Of a DNA stretch of 64,000 nucleotides, positions 58,538 through 64,000 are shown piece by piece (the first letter of the stretch is position 1; each line of letters opens with the position of its first letter). The position numbers and the translations under genes are program-made. The stretch comes from Deltaproteobacteria bacterium (GTDB lineage Bacteria; Myxococcota_A; Polyangia; Fen-1088), in NCBI GenBank assembly GCA_033763315.1, contig JANRKS010000036.1, forward strand, positions 12,912-76,911, written 5' to 3'. The notes under the pieces are model-generated. The model saw only the letters and a list, made by a program, of their open reading frames with translations. It was not told the DNA's origin and did not search any database.

Positions 58538-59317
58538 CTAAAGCGCGAACAGCGCTAAGCCCATCAGGTGCATGTGCGCGTCGTCTCGGCGTGGGTTCAC
58601 CACATCGATCTTGAGCTCGCCGTTTTCAACTTCAACTTGGTAGGGGCCGAACTTGCCCCATTGGCCCTTGGTGAAGGCGGCAATGTTTTCGGCCACCAGG
58701 TGGGTTCCCACACGCACGTTCATGGCGCGATGGTTGGTGCGCCAGTTTTCTTGCACCCACAGAAACAGCTGATAGCGCCCATCAGGGACGCGGACTGACA
58801 AGTGCAGTTCCTCGCCGTAGATGCCCGTCGACAACATGGCGGCCGTATCTGACGCTGCGTAAGGCATCGGTTCGACAGCCATGCTCACTTGCTGCGCCTG
58901 CCCGACGTCCAAGATCGATTGGCGGGCTTCATCAAAGGATAGCCAGGCGTTGCCTTCTACGACAAGCGCGGGACCACCCAGGTTGATCCCCAAAGCGAAC
59001 CTGGCAGGCACATCGAAATCAAACACAACGATCGACTCGCGCCCCGCTTCAAGCAGCGGCAACACTTTCGTGGCCGCAAACTCGACGTGTGCCGGATGTT
59101 CCAGGTAGCGTTGACGAGCCGCTTCGTTGGCCAACAGCATTTCGAAACCAACATTGAACTCCTGGTTAAGACCCTCGTGGCTGTTGTTATAGCCCCAACG
59201 GTAATCCAGAATTTCGGGTATCTGCGCTCGCAACTGGCCAAATCCATTCATCACGTCCATCACGGCCTCGATGCTTGACGTGCGACTGAATCGGAAAACA
59301 ACAACGTGCTTGATCAT
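58538..59317 (-). CDS. Dabb (stress-responsive A/B barrel) domain fused to a malectin-like domain
   Basis: MIKHVVVFRF...YLEHPAH; GINLGGPA...VPDGRYQLFLWVQE...VEVENGELKI. Confidence 0.75.
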   Translation of the reverse strand: MIKHVVVFRFSRTSSIEAVMDVMNGFGQLRAQIPEILDYRWGYNNSHEGLNQEFNVGFEMLLANEAARQRYLEHPAHVEFAATKVLPLLEAGRESIVVFDFDVPARFALGINLGGPALVVEGNAWLSFDEARQSILDVGQAQQVSMAVEPMPYAASDTAAMLSTGIYGEELHLSVRVPDGRYQLFLWVQENWRTNHRAMNVRVGTHLVAENIAAFTKGQWGKFGPYQVEVENGELKIDVVNPRRDDAHMHLMGLALFAL

Positions 59318-60888
59318 CGTGAACCTCGGTTTTGGGGTTGTGCAAGATCAGCGAGGAGCACCCAAGGCTTCCGCGATGGCGCCATCAATGAAACGTTGCC
59401 GTCAAGAGAGGCCGACTCAACCCGCTCGGGGCCGAACACCCCACCCTCCGGATCAAACCAACGGATGCGCAAAGGCCTGGTCACCTCCTGCAGCTTCGCT
59501 TCGCCCCCGTCAGGCATGAACACAAGATACGATTCGGCAGCGCGCGCCACGCAGTCACGCCCACCCGCCAAATGAGGCGCATAAGCGACGTCGATGAAAT
59601 CGAAACCGGCGAGCGCCTTTGCCAAATAGCCAACGAACGTACGGCCGGGCAGTGTGAGCGCGCGCTTCCAACTGGGTCCGTCAGCCCACGCGGGCCAACC
59701 CGGTTCATCATCCGAAAGCTTCCATTGCCAAAGCCCCCCAGCGCCATAAACCACACCCATGGTGCCGCCCGCGCAAACCTGCGACCACGCCTCGTGCATC
59801 TGCCAAACCCCAGCGCCGTTTTGCGGATTGAGAATTCCTTCATACGTGGGTTCACCATTCGCCACGGCCTTGATTGGCACGCGCGCCTGCATACGCTTGA
59901 CTGGCCCCGTGTCGTGAACGCTGCGATGGCCGGTTTGACACCACTGAAAATCAAGCCACGCAGCGTTCTGGTGCGCGCGGTTGCCGTGCAGATACTCGAA
60001 CGGGCTGTAGTGAATGCCCGTCGGTTGCTCATACGCATCCCACTTTTGCACCGCGGCTCCCGCAGCCTTGATGCAATCATAGTGGGCCGTTCCGTCCGCG
60101 CTGATCAGCCACATGGCCGGTTGGTGGCCGTACCTTGCCACCAAGTACTTGCAGTAACGCGCATATTCCGCCGGCACCGCGTGTGTGCCCAAAACGGTGA
60201 GGCCCTTCCAACCGAAACCTTGAAACACGGGCTGCAGCACAGGCACGATGTCGTGATTGATGAGAACGTCAATAAGGGCGTCCAACTTGTCAAAGTATGC
60301 AGGTACAAGTTGATTGAGATGCCCCTGCGGCAGATCCGAAAATCCCACATCAAATCCGCCAAACGCACTGCGATCGAGGGGCCCCACCGCAAATCGATCG
60401 GGCTGCACCGACATCAACAAAGCGGCGTTGAAACCAGCCGCCTTTCGATCTTGCGCATAAACAGTCGCATCTTCGAGCGTCGCGCGCCACGGCAACGCCC
60501 ACGGCGTATCGGCAACCATGAAGAACGGTGCCCCTGTTGCGTGGATAACGTTGCGCCCGCCGGGCGACATGCGCAGCAGGCCCTTTGATCGAAGGTCAAC
60601 ACCACCATAAGCGATGGCCTGCACCTCGCCGTTTTGATCATGAAGCCCGCGCGTGGGCGGTTGCGCCGTGCTCTGCCAACGCCAAGGCCCCGGAGCTGTC
60701 GGCGCGAACCGAACGCCAAAGCTATTGCCACCCATCCAGAACGCAGGCCTACGAATGCAGGCGCCACCGGGGCCGGTAAACGCAACTTGCAGTTCTTGCT
60801 CGACGTAGGGATTGTCCAGAGGCACGGCGGCGGTGAAGTTAAGTTCGATGGTCTCGCACGGTGTGCTTGTTTGCGGTGGGGTCGACAT
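59314..60888 (-). CDS. Apiosidase-like (DUF4038/GH140-related) protein with DUF5060-like N-domain
   Basis: AFWMGG..VRFAP, PFFMVADTPW, YLVARYG, WLDFQWCQTGH, NGEPTYE, RWFDP. Confidence 0.8.
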   Translation of the reverse strand: MSTPPQTSTPCETIELNFTAAVPLDNPYVEQELQVAFTGPGGACIRRPAFWMGGNSFGVRFAPTAPGPWRWQSTAQPPTRGLHDQNGEVQAIAYGGVDLRSKGLLRMSPGGRNVIHATGAPFFMVADTPWALPWRATLEDATVYAQDRKAAGFNAALLMSVQPDRFAVGPLDRSAFGGFDVGFSDLPQGHLNQLVPAYFDKLDALIDVLINHDIVPVLQPVFQGFGWKGLTVLGTHAVPAEYARYCKYLVARYGHQPAMWLISADGTAHYDCIKAAGAAVQKWDAYEQPTGIHYSPFEYLHGNRAHQNAAWLDFQWCQTGHRSVHDTGPVKRMQARVPIKAVANGEPTYEGILNPQNGAGVWQMHEAWSQVCAGGTMGVVYGAGGLWQWKLSDDEPGWPAWADGPSWKRALTLPGRTFVGYLAKALAGFDFIDVAYAPHLAGGRDCVARAAESYLVFMPDGGEAKLQEVTRPLRIRWFDPEGGVFGPERVESASLDGNVSLMAPSRKPWVLLADLAQPQNRGSR

Positions 60889-61149
60889 GCGCCGTCCTGC
60901 CCTACTTCAGCCCGGTCCCCATGGCAAGCGCTCGTTGGTGCGCTCGAACACAACTGGCCTTGCCGGCGCGCTGGCCTTTAACGCTTGGTAGCCGCTCACT
61001 GTGCATGCCTAACACGGCGCCCCCCCGAAGATCTCCGGCGCCACGGTGGAACTTGCTCCACTTCAGCAAGCCGCACGATCAACGCAAGCTTAACGCCCGC
61101 GCAGGCGTGTTCTGCCAAGCGCGCTGACCGAAAGCCGGAGGAGGTTCGC

Positions 61150-62274
61150 TTGGCTCGCAGTCTTTTGATTCCGTTCGCAGTGTGCGCGTGTGTTGTGGGC
61201 GTTGGTTGTGGTGGTTCGTCAAGCACCGACGACGCCCCGGCAAATGAGGGTGGAGCCGGAGGCCAAGAGGGCGATCAAGCGGACCCAAGCAACGGCGGCA
61301 GCGGCGGCACCGACCAAGGCGCGGGAGGCCACGCGCAGCAAGGCGGCACGAGCGCACAGGCACGAGGGGGCTCGTCACAAATGCCTGACGGCGGCGCTTC
61401 ACCGGATGCGGCGGCGGTGAAAGGTGGAGCGGGGGGCGCGGCCTTGCTCCCGCGCGTGCCCCGCCCCGCTGATGACGATTACAAGCCTGACGTGATTTCG
61501 AAGCTGCGTTTCCCTGCACCTACGGGCGCAGAGATCAGCCAAGTTCAAGCCAATCTTGGCAATCTGTTTCTGTCGCGATCCTTCACCGGCTCGAACGGCT
61601 TGAAGCTTCCGTATCGTTTGCACGTTCCCGATCGCGCTTCGTATAAGAACAAAGCGCCGCTGCTCATGTTCATGCACGGCGCAGGCGAGCGCGGTTATGG
61701 CAACGACAGTCAGATCGGACCTGCCGTGTTTATCGCGGGCCCCGGCGTATGGGCGATCGGAGAGCGGGCCAAGGCCGTGCCCTTGTTCATGTTGGCGCCA
61801 CAATGCCCACCTGAAGATCACTGGGACGGTTTGCAGACGCCACCGGCCGGTCTGCAGTTCACTGGCTCAACGAGATCGATGAAGACCGCGATCGAACTGC
61901 TTGATCAAGTGATCAAGGATAACCCCACCATCGATACCAAACGCGTCTACGTGATGGGAATGTCCATGGGCGGCTTCGCCACGTGGGAAATGGTCTCGCG
62001 GTGGCCAGAGAAATTTGCGGCCGGGATTCCGATGTGTGGCGGAGGCTCGAAGAAATACGGCCCCGTGCTTGTGAACATGCCGTTGTGGGTGATTCACGGC
62101 GATGCCGATGGCTCGGTGGACTATAAGTTGGATCAAGTCATGGTCGACTATCTTAAGTCCTTAGGCGGTATGCCCCGCTTCAGCCTTTACAAAGGTGTGG
62201 GCCACATCGTGTGGGAGCCTGCGTACCGCAACGAAACGGAACTGTTTCCCTGGTTGTTCTCGCAAAGCCATTAG
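61150..62274 (+). CDS. Lipoprotein alpha/beta-hydrolase (esterase/peptidase)
   Basis: RBS GGAGGAGG + TTG, lipobox VGC, LPYRL, MHGAGERG, GMSMGG, HGDAD, GVGH. Confidence 0.85.
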   Translation: MARSLLIPFAVCACVVGVGCGGSSSTDDAPANEGGAGGQEGDQADPSNGGSGGTDQGAGGHAQQGGTSAQARGGSSQMPDGGASPDAAAVKGGAGGAALLPRVPRPADDDYKPDVISKLRFPAPTGAEISQVQANLGNLFLSRSFTGSNGLKLPYRLHVPDRASYKNKAPLLMFMHGAGERGYGNDSQIGPAVFIAGPGVWAIGERAKAVPLFMLAPQCPPEDHWDGLQTPPAGLQFTGSTRSMKTAIELLDQVIKDNPTIDTKRVYVMGMSMGGFATWEMVSRWPEKFAAGIPMCGGGSKKYGPVLVNMPLWVIHGDADGSVDYKLDQVMVDYLKSLGGMPRFSLYKGVGHIVWEPAYRNETELFPWLFSQSH

Positions 62275-63441
<1,167 letters not shown>

Positions 63442-63451
63442 GGGCGATGCC

Positions 63452-64000
63452 ATGCAATTGCTCTCGACTCACAAATGCTTCGGCGGTCAGTTGGGTTACT
63501 ACAAGCATGCCGCCAGCAGCACGGCGTGTGACATGCGCTTCACCGTCTTTGTGCCCCCGGGCGCCAGCGCCAACAACAAGCGACGCGCGGTGATGTTCTT
63601 GTCGGGCTTGACTTGCACCGAAGAAAACTTCACCACCAAGGCCGGCGCCTATCGTGTGGCCGCCGAACTTGGTTTGGTCATCATCGCGCCAGACACCTCG
63701 CCGCGCGGCGCTTCGGTGCCTGCGGGCGAAGGCGGCGAAGTGGGATTCGGCGCAGGGTTCTATGTCAACGCCACAAATGATCCGTGGGCCGCGCATTACC
63801 GCATGGAAAGCTACATTGCCGATGAACTTGTGAACCTCATCTTGGCGGAGTTTCCCATTGCAAGCATCGGCCTCTGCGGTCACTCGATGGGCGGCCACGG
63901 GGCCTTAACCTTGTTTCAAAAGCACCCAGGCAAGTTCCGCTCGCTATCCGCGTTCGCGCCCATTTGTGCGGCTTCGCAGTCATCATGGTCGAACAAAGCG
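63452..64000 (+). CDS. fghA: S-formylglutathione hydrolase, 3'-truncated by the window edge (not in the ORF track)
   Basis: MQLLSTHKCFGG, LSGLTCTEENF, PDTSPRG, GAGFYVNA, GHSMGGHGAL. Confidence 0.93.
   Translation, partial: MQLLSTHKCFGGQLGYYKHAASSTACDMRFTVFVPPGASANNKRRAVMFLSGLTCTEENFTTKAGAYRVAAELGLVIIAPDTSPRGASVPAGEGGEVGFGAGFYVNATNDPWAAHYRMESYIADELVNLILAEFPIASIGLCGHSMGGHGALTLFQKHPGKFRSLSAFAPICAASQSSWSNKA

Noticed and set aside
59572-60588. 338-aa plus-strand ORF
   Set aside because: Shadow of the apiosidase-like gene

Overview
GC-rich bacterial DNA whose gene content points to Myxococcota, probably Polyangia-like (inference): many Gly/Ala-linker lipoproteins, a DUF1592/DUF1552 pair, a PEGA-TPR protein, a Ser/Thr kinase and ECF sigma/anti-sigma genes. 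About 50 CDS. No rRNA, tRNA, CRISPR array, integrase or transposase was seen. Housekeeping blocks: surA/PPIase, typA, phoR-phoU, glgP/glgC/glgA/GH57, an RND efflux triad, yaeQ, fbaB-ldhA, frmA-fghA. Most interesting observations: (1) an ECF sigma module with anti-sigma, a GH16 lipoprotein lacking catalytic residues and a divergent barrel-like protein, where an identical bipartite motif GATCAGAAAA-N12-CCCCACTCA precedes both the sigma gene and the DUF1592-DUF1552 operon; (2) a membrane-anchored leader ORF ending in RGPP upstream of the RND pump, a candidate ribosome-arrest regulator; (3) an L,D-transpeptidase-motif protein with a tightly coupled lipoprotein, a candidate effector/immunity pair; (4) an ABC-type ATPase plus small TOPRIM-like protein, a candidate anti-phage system; (5) a detached T3SS sctK-like/sctL/sctN module; (6) an NsrR-linked hemerythrin-DUF3565-DUF1971 triple fusion with a perfect palindrome; (7) a 1-bp frameshift in the DUF1552 gene. 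All family calls are from motif recognition by eye; no database searches were run.
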